64,000 bases of DNA from the NCBI GenBank assembly GCA_963715335.1, contig CAVQRZ010000001.1, positions 1 to 64,000 of the forward strand, given 5' to 3'. The notes beneath the pieces were generated by a model. It saw only the letters and a list, made by a program, of their open reading frames with translations. It was not told the DNA's origin and did no database searches. The stretch is from an uncultured delta proteobacterium (lineage in GTDB: Bacteria; Desulfobacterota; Desulfuromonadia; Desulfuromonadales; BM103). Every line of letters begins with the position of its first letter. The first letter of the stretch is position 1. The position numbers were made by a program, and so were the translations under genes. Positions 1 to 11,197 of this stretch are shown in pieces.

Positions 1-117
1 GTTCAAGGCAGAATGACAAAAACGACCTCGGTCGATCCCGCCAAAGGAAAGGATGAGAACCCCACCGTGGCTCTCACCCGAAATGTTCAGAGCATAAACT
101 GGAGAAACCGTGACCTT

Positions 118-564
118 TCAATTGTCTTTCAACTGGTCCCGATCCCGGTCCTGATCCTGATCCTGATCCTGATCCTGATCCTGATCCCTGTCCCGGTCCT
201 GATCCTGATCCTGATCTCTGTCCCTGTCCCGATCCCGCAACTGATCCTGGTCCTGAGCCCCTAGCTGGTCGCTGCTACGTTTCTGTTCCATTGATCGGGT
301 CCGCTCCATCTGCGTGGTGCCCTTGCCGAAGCCTCCGGTATCAGCAGGACCGCCCTGTTCTGCGGAATCAGCATTGCCGCCACCGCCACCTGAACCACCA
401 CCGCCACCTGAACCGCCACCGCCAGCCTTAGCCAAATAAACCGGCGAGGACCCAGCACCCATGTTATCCGCGTAGACAGGCTGGGCGGGAATGGCCCACA
501 TGACCATGAGCATGCAGGCAAAGCCGACCATGAGCACCTTGACAACTTTGCGTATTCTCTTCAT
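118..564 (-). CDS. Secreted low-complexity protein (signal peptide, Gly-rich linker, C-terminal QD/RD dipeptide repeats)
   Basis: Basic then hydrophobic N-terminus ending PVYA; GGGGSGGGGGS linker; QDQDQDRDRDRD tail; GGAG upstream of ATG. Confidence 0.75.
   Translation of the reverse strand: MKRIRKVVKVLMVGFACMLMVMWAIPAQPVYADNMGAGSSPVYLAKAGGGGSGGGGGSGGGGGNADSAEQGGPADTGGFGKGTTQMERTRSMEQKRSSDQLGAQDQDQLRDRDRDRDQDQDQDRDRDQDQDQDQDQDQDRDRDQLKDN
135..256. repeat. Hexanucleotide tandem repeat (GATCCT/GGTCCC-like units) encoding the QD/RD tract
   Basis: Directly visible: cctgatcctgatcctgatcctgat... Confidence 0.9.
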
Positions 565-902
565 GACCGTATCTCCTTATATGCGCCGTTTGTGCCGTTT
601 CGTTTGATACTACGCCGCTGCGAAAAGCGCCAGTCAATCCTCCCCAACTCAGATGCGGAGTGAAAACCGGTGCAACATCTACCTGTTTTCATTGTCACAG
701 GCTTCGGTGAGGAAACAATTGGACGAAAGGCTATATATGTCGGGTGAAAGTATGAAACTAAAAGGCTCAAAAGAGTGTCTGCTCGCATCGCTAAACAGCA
801 TCAATTTGCACACCAGGCTTGTATTTACCTCGATCAATGGTAGAAGTTAAAGAAATATAATCATGCAAAGACCCTCCATAGTTGGGGAGCGTGGTGAATG
901 GC

Positions 903-1505
903 ATGCCCATAAGAATTCAGCTAGCCTTAAGCAATCATCTCTTCTGCGAGGGCATCAAAAAACTGGCTAACGAAGACGGCGCAGCTGTCATTTTCAACGA
1001 TTCGCATCACCACTGTGCAGGCTTTCATGCAGATATCGTGCTCTTCGATGCCAAAAGAGACATTAGCGCCTTGATCGAGGCCCACCCCGAAGCCAGGTTC
1101 GTCCTCGTCGACACGGGGCTCAAGGAAACCGATTTGGCATGCCTTCTTCTGTGCTATCACATCAGCGGCATTATTCCGCAGGATGCTGATCTGAAGAGCT
1201 TCAGCAAGGCATTGAAAGTGATTTACGGCGGCGACATCTGGATTGAACAGAAATATCTTAAAATCCTGATCAACAAGGGCAAGACGCTGCCCGAAGGCGA
1301 CGGCGTCAAAGGCTTGAGTGCTCAAGACATGAGAATTGTCGAGTTTATCTCTTTGGGGTACAAAAATCGCGAAATCGCCGACAAGCTATGCCTCAGCGAG
1401 GTTACCATCAAGGCTCATATCAGCAGGATCTTCAAGATGCTCAAGGTCAAGAACAGGACTCAACTGGCCTGCCTGGCTCAGGATAGCGACCTGCCGGAGT
1501 CTTGA
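903..1505 (+). CDS. LuxR/NarL-family (CsgD-like) transcriptional regulator with an atypical receiver-like N-terminus
   Basis: C-terminal LSAQDMRIVEFISLGYKNREIADKLCLSEVTIKAHISRIFKMLKVKNRTQL is a LuxR HTH; ATG at 903 preferred over TTG at 882. Confidence 0.85.
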   Translation: MPIRIQLALSNHLFCEGIKKLANEDGAAVIFNDSHHHCAGFHADIVLFDAKRDISALIEAHPEARFVLVDTGLKETDLACLLLCYHISGIIPQDADLKSFSKALKVIYGGDIWIEQKYLKILINKGKTLPEGDGVKGLSAQDMRIVEFISLGYKNREIADKLCLSEVTIKAHISRIFKMLKVKNRTQLACLAQDSDLPES

Positions 1506-1615
1506 AATCCCGGCACCTTTACGCCGCATCAAAAGAGTGAATTTTCTTGGCGAGGACAGGTCTTCCGGAGGCAAACACAGGTTAATTTTTTGATTTCCAC
1601 GGTGGGGGGGTGCCC

Positions 1616-4600
1616 ATGACCAGATCAATCGTATTCCCAGTCTCCTTGTTGTGTGTTCTCCTGCACGCAATGACCTTGCCCGCCTTTGCCGAAAAAATTG
1701 AACCGCCGGGTCTGACTCATGAGACACTGGTTGATTCAGACCCAATCGCCAATGAGTTGCAGGCCGTCACAATAACCCCGGGCCAGGCCGTTATCGAGAC
1801 CAATGGTCAAGTCGGCAACTTCAAGTATTTTGCTTTGCAGGAGCCTGCTCGTCTGGTGGTTGATGTCTTCGGTCCGAGACCGGTATTCAAAGAGCGCCAG
1901 TTCCCGGCCGGTCAAGGCTTTGAGAAAATTCGCCTAGGGACCTACAGTGACAAAACCAGGCTGGTTTTTGATGCCAGTGCCAGTGTCATGCCCAAGTATA
2001 ATATTGAAGAGCGTGCTACGGACATTCTGGTCACCTGGGTGGACACGGGCATTGCCGAACAAGCCCCAACCTCACAAGCCGGGCAAAACTCACCGGCAAA
2101 GACCCCTGCGATCACTTCGGTTGCCACGCCCGCAGTGCAAACCTTTGCTGCTGCCGAGCCCCCCCTGCCCGAACCGCCGGAGGCGAAAGAACCGGCCATA
2201 CCTACGGACACCAGGTCTTTCTCCGGGATCGAAGCGGGTTCGCTGCGTCTGCTGCCGGAGTTGACTGTCTCCGGAATGTACGATGACAATATTTACGCAA
2301 CTCGCACTGATACAGTAGGCGATCGCATCCTGCACCTGTTCCCGTCTCTCGAGCTCAAATCAAATTGGTCAAAACACAGCTTCGGTCTCAACCTTGGGGC
2401 AGACATTGCCAGGTACGATAAATACACAGACGAGGATTTCGAGGACTACTGGGTATCGGCAGATGGTCGTTATGACGTCACAGAAGCCCTTAACCTGTTT
2501 GGCGGCATTAGCTACAGTCGTGAGCACGAAGAGCGCGGTTCTCCCGAGGATCAAAACGGTATTGAACCGACGATCTTCTATTCCCAGGCCGCTCATCTTG
2601 GCAGTGAGATAAAAATCAACAAGCTGACGTTTCGCTTTGGCGGCACTTACGAAGCGTTGGACTTTGACGATGTTGACACCCCCACAGGGCTGAATATCAA
2701 CAACGATGACCGTGACCGTGAACTGCTGGGTGCCGGGGTCCGGGTCGGCTACGGCTGGTCGGAAGATGTTCAGATTTTTGCGCAGTATATTTACGACGAC
2801 CGACAATACGACAACAAAAGGGATGACAACGGCTACCGTCGCGATTCGGACGGTTACGAGCTGGCGGCCGGCCTTAAATATGTCATGAAGCCTGCCCTTT
2901 CAGCGGAACTCTACGCAGGGGCACTGCGCCAGGAATATGCAGACGACCGCTTTTCAACCGTCAGTAAACCGGATTTCGGCGCCCAAGTCAGCTGGATGCC
3001 AAGCCCGGCAGCCAAAATCAGTGGTGTTATCGAGCGCTCCATCGAGGAAACGACCCTAATCGGCAGTTCAGGCTACCTCGAGACCCGCTACGCTCTCGAT
3101 GTAGGCTACAACCTGAGCCGCAACACGCGCTTTCACAGTCACCTGCAGCTCTCCGAGGATGATTACCAGGAGATCTCACGGGAAGACAGGAATATCGAGG
3201 CGGGGTTCGGCCTGCAGTACGATCTGAGCAAAAATCTTTTTCTCGGCGCCGACTACAGTTTCAGCCATCGCAATTCGAACGTCGACGGCGTCAGTCCTGA
3301 CAGCAACGATTATTACCGCCACCAGTTCATGGTCAGCCTCGGCAGTCGACTCTACCCGGTCAAGGATGACCCCCTGGAGGGCTTTACCAAGGCTCTGACG
3401 GGTTTGTACGAGGGTGCTGAACCGCCACGAGGATTTTACCTGGGCGGCTTGTTCTCCTACGGTGCCCTGGCGACAAAAGCCAGCGAGGAGCGCCTGCATG
3501 GTGGCTCGAGCAAGGCGGACTTCGGCGCCGACGGAAGTGCCGGCGGCATCTTCAGCGGTTACAGCATCACTCATAATCGCTGGGTATTCGGTCTGGAGCT
3601 GGAAGCAGAGGACAGCTCCCTGGAATGGTCACACGAAAAAAACAAGATCGAGAGCAGGAGGTTTTCCGTCAAACAGAACGAAGGTCTGGGCGCCAGCGCG
3701 CGAATCGGCTACACGATGCTAGACGGCTCGATCCTTTATACCCGCGTCGGTTTTATAAATACCCGCTTTGACACCTCTTACGTGATAAACGAGGCCCCCG
3801 AGGACAACTACTCAGAGACCCAGACATTGACCGGCTTGCGGATCGGCGTGGGTCTGGACATCCCGCTTTCGCAACAGTGGTTCTGGCGCATGGAGACAAC
3901 CTATACCGACTATGAGTCGTATGCCGTCGACTCCGCCGATTTTTGACGAGAAATTTGAACCGGAAGCTCACTTCTTCAGCTTTGGTCTGGGATGGCGCTT
4001 CGATGCCGCGGAAGAGCCTGCATCAACCCCGATCAGCGAAGATTTGACTGGACCCTACGCCGGAGTACAGCTCGGTTTCGGAACGCTTGCTACAGAAGTT
4101 GAGGGAATGCATAGTGACGGTGGAGGGAGTGAAACGGGCCCCTTTCCATATACAAGCGACTTTGCCGATCAGGGCGTCAATTCAGGCCTGTTTGTCGGCT
4201 ACGGTACAATGTTTAACCGCATCTACGTAGGGGCCGAGCTTGAAGCGGAAGTCAATGGCATGGAATGGTTCCGTGAGCGCGAAACATCGGGTGGCGGCAG
4301 GAATTTTTCCGTTGAGATCAAGGAGGGGTATGGCGCCAGCGCCAGGCTCGGCTATCAGTTTCGCAAGGGTACGCTGGGCTATTTGAGAGCCGGCATCATC
4401 AGCTCAAAGGTCATCACCCGATATGCCAAGGGAGGCAATCGGGCCAACGATATTTACCGCGACGACTCTCTCGAAGGAGTTCGTTTCGGCATCGGTTTCG
4501 AAACTCCGATTACCAGCAGGGTTTCTGCCCGCCTTGAATATACCCACACGGACTATGAAGATTACGACCTGGTTACGGCACACACCAATAGCGACCAGCT

Positions 4601-4655
4601 GAATTTCGAACACAGCCAGGACCTGGTCAGACTGGGCATCCTCTTCAGGTTCTGA
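1616..4655 (+). CDS. Large outer-membrane protein: signal peptide, AMIN domain, Pro-rich linker, large beta-barrel, two tandem small OMP barrels; one frameshift at 3940-3944
   Basis: AMIN motifs PARLVVDV and IRLGTYSDKTRLVFD. Removing one T from the T5 run joins ORFs 1610..3946 and 3912..4655 to read DFDEKFEPEAHFFSFGLGWRF. Two repeats of FYLGG/PYAGV...GLELEAE...GASARIGY...RIGVGLD; ends LFRF. Confidence 0.75.
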
Positions 4656-4860
4656 GAATCTCTCTGCAAAATTCTCTTCTCTTCCCATAACCGCCTGCCA
4701 GGGAACGAAGGTATCAATACCATTGGGCCCTAAAATATACCCGCTTGGATCATTGCACCCTAATTTAAGAGTGAGAAAATATTAATACATATTTTCTCCG
4801 GAGTATAAGCAGGCTTGCGCAGAACAAAGCCCTGTTTTCTGGGCGGAAAAGGAGGCAGCT

Positions 4861-6030
4861 ATGAGATGCATGGTGACGTCACAATTTTCAGGTGCGGCAA
4901 AGAAACTCTTTAAAGCATTGGGGATAGCCGTCGGAATTGTTCTCTTGTTGTTATTTATGACACCTTTCATTAGCAGCACGCTGATGGTTGATGAGGCGAT
5001 GGCTGCAGGTCCTGCCGCACAACAGGGCAGCGGGAAAATGATCGGTGGAGGACAAGGTGGTAAGGGCGGCAAAGGCGACCAGACGGCCGGCTCCAGAAGT
5101 GGCGCCAAAGGAATGAAGGACGCGGTGCTGGCGGATGAGGGCGATGATGACTCAGATCGCCCGCCATGGGCCGGCGGCAACCCTACGGAAAATCCTCATT
5201 CCGGTGGTGGTGAAGGAAAGCCGGACAGTGCCGGCACTATGAAAGGTGATGACTATGGCGACCTGATCGTCCTGGTGCGTGATCCTGACAGCGGCGAACC
5301 GATTCTGGACGAAGTGACCGGGGAGCTGCAGGTCTGCCTTGATGTGAACTGCAATGATTTCGTCTCGATGATTGATGGTGAAGTTCCGGACGGGGTGACC
5401 CCGATTGAGGTTGATTTTGGCCGTGCTGCCGTAGCCCGTTCACCTAGCAAAGTGACTGAAAAGGCTCTGACCGATGCCATTTCAAAACTGACGGCTGAGA
5501 ACGTCATTCTCTCCACGGACACGGCCGGACGGATTTCCTATAGTGTTGACGGTGGCGTGACCTGGAGCACCATCGACTCGCCATTGGAGAACCTGGCGCT
5601 GTATATCGACCTGGTGACAGGGCTTGCCGATGATGACGTCATATCCCAGGCGGAAGCTGCGCTGGGCGATCTGGCAACCTTGCAGACCGCAGCATCGTTG
5701 TTTGCTGGCGTCGCCGACAAAACAGGCGATATCTCGATTGACTACGTGGTCTACCAAAACGTGATCACCGATGTCGTGGACTCAGGAGACTACTACCTTT
5801 ACGACGGATTTACATACATCAGGGAGTTCCCGACCGACTACACTTATTTCTACATGGACGGTGACGATGTGAAATCGGCCACTTTGAACATCAATGACTA
5901 TCTCGCAGCAATCAACGGCGATCTGCCAACGGGCAGCACCGCCCTGTTCGCAGCGGCAGCCGACGATGCCGTGGAAGTGATCGAGTTGATTCACACCCAG
6001 ATCCACGATGCGATCATCGTACTGCCTTGA
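4861..6030 (+). CDS. Secreted acidic protein of unknown function, paralog of 6108..6806
   Basis: Hydrophobic N-terminal segment, Gly-rich linker, motifs RPPWA, EVDFGRAAVARSP, IDSPLENLALY, AASLFAGVADK. Confidence 0.8.
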   Translation: MRCMVTSQFSGAAKKLFKALGIAVGIVLLLLFMTPFISSTLMVDEAMAAGPAAQQGSGKMIGGGQGGKGGKGDQTAGSRSGAKGMKDAVLADEGDDDSDRPPWAGGNPTENPHSGGGEGKPDSAGTMKGDDYGDLIVLVRDPDSGEPILDEVTGELQVCLDVNCNDFVSMIDGEVPDGVTPIEVDFGRAAVARSPSKVTEKALTDAISKLTAENVILSTDTAGRISYSVDGGVTWSTIDSPLENLALYIDLVTGLADDDVISQAEAALGDLATLQTAASLFAGVADKTGDISIDYVVYQNVITDVVDSGDYYLYDGFTYIREFPTDYTYFYMDGDDVKSATLNINDYLAAINGDLPTGSTALFAAAADDAVEVIELIHTQIHDAIIVLP

Positions 6031-6075
6031 CCGTAAGCAATGCTCTGCGTGGGAGGTTCGCGCGTTCGGCTCAAC

Positions 6076-6109
6076 GCAGGGGGTGACAACATGCAGGGGG
6101 TGACAACAT
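6076..6109 (+). repeat. 17-bp tandem duplication of the RBS/start region (GCAGGGGGTGACAACAT x2)
   Basis: Exact copies at 6076-6092 and 6093-6109. Confidence 0.9.
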
Positions 6110-6806
6110 GTTGAAAAGCAGTGAAAAGCTAACGTGGCGGTGTTTTTCTCTTTTCCTGACGATGCTGGCCCTGGTCCTTTTTCTCGGCGACGCGCCCCTG
6201 GCCGTCGCCTCGGAAGACGGCAGCTCTCACAGCGGCAGCTCTCACAGCGGCGGCCAGGGCAGCAGTCACGCCAGCAAGGGCAAGCGTGGCGGGTCAGGCC
6301 ATGACAGTGGTGATCATGGCAGCTCCCACGTTAAAGGCAAGGGCCAAGGCAAACATGGGGGTCAGTCAGGTGACAGTAGCGTAACCAGAGACCGTGGGCG
6401 GCGACCGGTCTGGGCGCAGGAAGGTCTCCCTGAAGTCGAACTGGGCCGTCTGAATGCAGCACGGGCACCCGACCATGTCCTCACCAGGTCTCTGGCAGAA
6501 GCTCACGCAGCATTGGCTGCCGACCCCCAGGCCAGCATCCACTCGCCTCCCCAGAACCTGGCACTCTACTGGGAGGCGATGAGCGGTCAAAAAGGATGGA
6601 GCCGGGAACAGGCGGCAGCGTTTCTGGGTGCGGCCGCGGACAAGCGAATCCCGATCACCCCCGACACGGTCAGAGCACTGAACCTCATCCTCGGGGTATC
6701 GGATGCGGACCCGGCAGGGATGGCACAAGCAGCTGACAGCGTCAGACAGCAGATTCTGGCCGATCATGACCAGGGCACCGAGTCGGGAGGTTCCGGGGGC
6801 CACTAG
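6108..6806 (+). CDS. Secreted His/Ser/Gly-rich protein of unknown function, paralog of 4861..6030
   Basis: Signal peptide (AVA-S), GSSHS repeats, motifs RPVWA, EVELGRLNAARAP, IHSPPQNLALY, AAAFLGAAADK. Confidence 0.8.
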   Translation: MLKSSEKLTWRCFSLFLTMLALVLFLGDAPLAVASEDGSSHSGSSHSGGQGSSHASKGKRGGSGHDSGDHGSSHVKGKGQGKHGGQSGDSSVTRDRGRRPVWAQEGLPEVELGRLNAARAPDHVLTRSLAEAHAALAADPQASIHSPPQNLALYWEAMSGQKGWSREQAAAFLGAAADKRIPITPDTVRALNLILGVSDADPAGMAQAADSVRQQILADHDQGTESGGSGGH

Positions 6807-6830
6807 GGTTCGTTGGTCAAGGAGAAGATT

Positions 6831-7166
6831 ATGCGATGGACACGAGATTTGATTTTGGCTGGTGTTCTCCTGCTTGGCGCCGCCGGCGTGTTTGGGGCTC
6901 AGGAGCAGACTCGGCCGGGGAGCACTCTTCAGCAACATGAGGACGTCTACGGCTGGCAGATGATGAGCGAGCAGGAGCGCCATGAACATCAACAACAGAT
7001 GAGAGAGATGAAAACCGAACCGGAACGCGAGGCCTTCCGCAAGCAACACCACGAAAAGATGCAGGAGCGGGCCCGGCAACAGGGGCTGACGTTGCCGGAC
7101 AGCCCCGGTCCTCACGGCAAGGGGATGGGGCCCGGCAATGGTCATCAGAGGAGAGGTGGCAACTAG
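6831..7166 (+). CDS. Small periplasmic Gln/Glu/His/Met-rich helical protein
   Basis: AGGAG then ATG at 6831; signal peptide; YGWQMMSEQERHEHQQQMR...HHEKMQERARQQG pattern. Confidence 0.75.
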   Translation: MRWTRDLILAGVLLLGAAGVFGAQEQTRPGSTLQQHEDVYGWQMMSEQERHEHQQQMREMKTEPEREAFRKQHHEKMQERARQQGLTLPDSPGPHGKGMGPGNGHQRRGGN

Positions 7167-7261
7167 CCCATGTCATGACAGCAATCGCCGGTTTACAGCA
7201 AATCGTGAACAATTTATGACCGGACAGTCAAGTGTTTCGACATAGATAAGGAGTTTTTGTC

Positions 7262-7885
7262 ATGAACCCTTACAAAGCTTGCGCTGGCGCCATATTCACG
7301 GAGCTTCTGGTCATTGCGGTCATAATTGCCACGGCAACCGTTGTACCGGTCTGGGCAGGGAAAGGTCAGGGCTCAGGTTTTGCTGCCCTCTCCGAAGCCG
7401 AGGCTGAAGAGCTCACTTACATGCGTGAAGAAGAAAAGCTGGCGCGGGATGTCTATGTCCTGATGCATGACTTGTGGACAGCCTCCATCTTTGACCGGAT
7501 CACCACATCCGAGCAACAACATATGGACACCATGGAAAAGATGGTGGTCAAGTATAACCTGCCTGATCCAGTCCTCCCAGGGTATGGTACGTTCACCAAT
7601 CTTTACTTGCAGTCGAAGTATGATGAACTCATTGCGTCGGGTGATGATTCCTATGTAGACGGACTTTATGTTGGTGCCACGATCGAGGAAATCGACATGA
7701 TTGACATCCAGCATGCTATTGCCGTTACCTCGCATATTGATCTGATAACTGCCTACCAACACCTTCTTGAGGGCTCCAAGAATCACCTGCGAGCCTATGT
7801 CGGAGCCCTTGCCGGCCAGGGGATCGAATACACTCCACAGTACATTAGCCAGGAGTTGTTTGACGCCATTATGAGCGTGCCGTGA
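7262..7885 (+). CDS. Exported ferritin-like DUF2202-family protein
   Basis: MREEEKLARDVY, SEQQH, IEEIDMIDI, GSKNHLRAY motifs; N-terminal signal. Confidence 0.85.
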   Translation: MNPYKACAGAIFTELLVIAVIIATATVVPVWAGKGQGSGFAALSEAEAEELTYMREEEKLARDVYVLMHDLWTASIFDRITTSEQQHMDTMEKMVVKYNLPDPVLPGYGTFTNLYLQSKYDELIASGDDSYVDGLYVGATIEEIDMIDIQHAIAVTSHIDLITAYQHLLEGSKNHLRAYVGALAGQGIEYTPQYISQELFDAIMSVP

Positions 7886-7922
7886 TCAGCAATCTAAATC
7901 GAGAGAACTCTCAAAAATGAAG

Positions 7923-7950
7923 AAGGCAGGCTCCTTAAGGGGCCTGCCTT
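7923..7950. terminator. Hairpin between convergent DUF2202 and ettA
   Basis: AAGGCAGGCTCC-TTAA-GGGGCCTGCCTT. Confidence 0.65.
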
Positions 7951-8006
7951 GTCTTGCTCTGCTTGAGATCGGTTCGCGATGTTCCAACTCCCGAACCATT
8001 TAAAGC

Positions 8007-9683
<1,677 letters not shown>

Positions 9684-9878
9684 GATTCTGTCCTGTCTGA
9701 AAGGTTATTTCACAGAACATGGCTTATACACCATCTGGGCACAAGGAGCAAGAGTGGTCAAGGGGTTTCCTAGCCCCCAGCCTCCAGCCCCCGCACTTCA
9801 AGTCCCCGCATTTAAAGTTGACTCTTTGATCATGAAGTTGTTCAATCATCCGACAACATCACCGAGAGGCAGGAAGAT

Positions 9879-11153
9879 ATGAGTTTTCTGAAAAATCTGT
9901 TCGGCAAAAAAGACCCGATTGACGAGATGCGCCAACACCATGCCCGGCAGGACTGGGTAGGGGTTCTGAATATAGCGGGACAGGTTGACCGGAACGAGTA
10001 CGATGAAGCAACTGCGGCCGAGATCACCCGGTGGGAGAACCAGGCCGGCGATGCCCTGGCAGCAATGAACATGGAGGAAGGGTCCTGGGAACAGCAATCA
10101 GGAAACCTGTTGCGTGCCCGCGAAGGTTACCAGCTGGCCATCGAGCAGGCGCGTTCCAGTCAACTGCGTGAGCGTGCCGAGCAGGCCCTGGCTGCCCTGG
10201 ACCGTGGTCAGCCCCCGTCTGAAGAGCAGGCCGTCGATGCAAATCCGGCCCTGCATGCCGGTTGCAACAGCTGCACACCGGCGGCGGCGCCGAGGGCTGA
10301 CGGCGTGGGCGCGGACCTCGATGAGGAAACCCGCATGGAACTGCTCCTGGCCACCCTGTCGCCGGACCTCGCAGCACGCTACCTGGCGGCCGGAACGGAA
10401 TTCCGACAGGCCTGGTTGACTGCTCAGGACGGCGATGAAAAGCTGGCCTTGGAGCTTCTGGCAAAAGTCCCCGCCGCGGAACGAAATGCCTTGTTCCTCT
10501 TCGAACGGGGGTCTTTGATGATGCGCAGCGGCCAGAACAATAAAGCCCGCCAGGATCTGCAGGCCGCTTTGACCGCTGAACCCGACCTGTTCCCGGCCTA
10601 CGACGCACTGACCGAAATCCTGGTTGCCGAAGGGCGCAGCGACGAACTGCAGAAATCGCTCAAACAGAATATCGCCGAAGAACGCTTTGTCGGTTATTGC
10701 TGGGCCAGGCTGGCGGAGCTGCATGCCCGGCGTGGCGCACTGGAACCGGCCCTGGCTGCCGGACTCGCCGCCATTGATGAAGGGGTTGCCGACCCCGGCC
10801 TGATCATGCTCTGCTCGCAACTGCTGGAACGTGCAGAACGTTTCGCTGAAGCAGAAGCTCTGCTGATGCGGTTGCCCGGAGGCGGCTGCGGCGGCGGAGT
10901 TCACCCGATGCTCGCGGAATACTGGCTAAGGCGCGGGCAGCACCTGAACAAGGCGCTTGAGTCATTCAAGGGGGCCATGCGCCAGGAGACTGACAACCCT
11001 CGCTGGCTGCTGCGCGTCGCCCAGGTTTACCTGGCCAAGGGGTGGAAGAAGGAGGCCTCAGACCAGGTTGAGCGCCTGATGAAGCAAGGGGGGCTGACAG
11101 ACCAGATTCGTGCTGAAGTCCAATCTATGGCGGATCAATTGCAGAAAGGGTGA
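9879..11153 (+). CDS. Tetratricopeptide-repeat protein
   Basis: Helical Ala/Leu/Glu-rich TPR-like repeats; carries GCNSC and GGCGGG motifs. Confidence 0.7.
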   Translation: MSFLKNLFGKKDPIDEMRQHHARQDWVGVLNIAGQVDRNEYDEATAAEITRWENQAGDALAAMNMEEGSWEQQSGNLLRAREGYQLAIEQARSSQLRERAEQALAALDRGQPPSEEQAVDANPALHAGCNSCTPAAAPRADGVGADLDEETRMELLLATLSPDLAARYLAAGTEFRQAWLTAQDGDEKLALELLAKVPAAERNALFLFERGSLMMRSGQNNKARQDLQAALTAEPDLFPAYDALTEILVAEGRSDELQKSLKQNIAEERFVGYCWARLAELHARRGALEPALAAGLAAIDEGVADPGLIMLCSQLLERAERFAEAEALLMRLPGGGCGGGVHPMLAEYWLRRGQHLNKALESFKGAMRQETDNPRWLLRVAQVYLAKGWKKEASDQVERLMKQGGLTDQIRAEVQSMADQLQKG

Positions 11154-11197
11154 ACAGGAGCAAACAGATAAAGAGCCCGCCTAAAGAAACCTGCCGT

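Noticed and set aside
13..264. Plus-strand ORF with an ILILIL tract
   Set aside because: Antisense reading of the QD/RD hexamer repeat.
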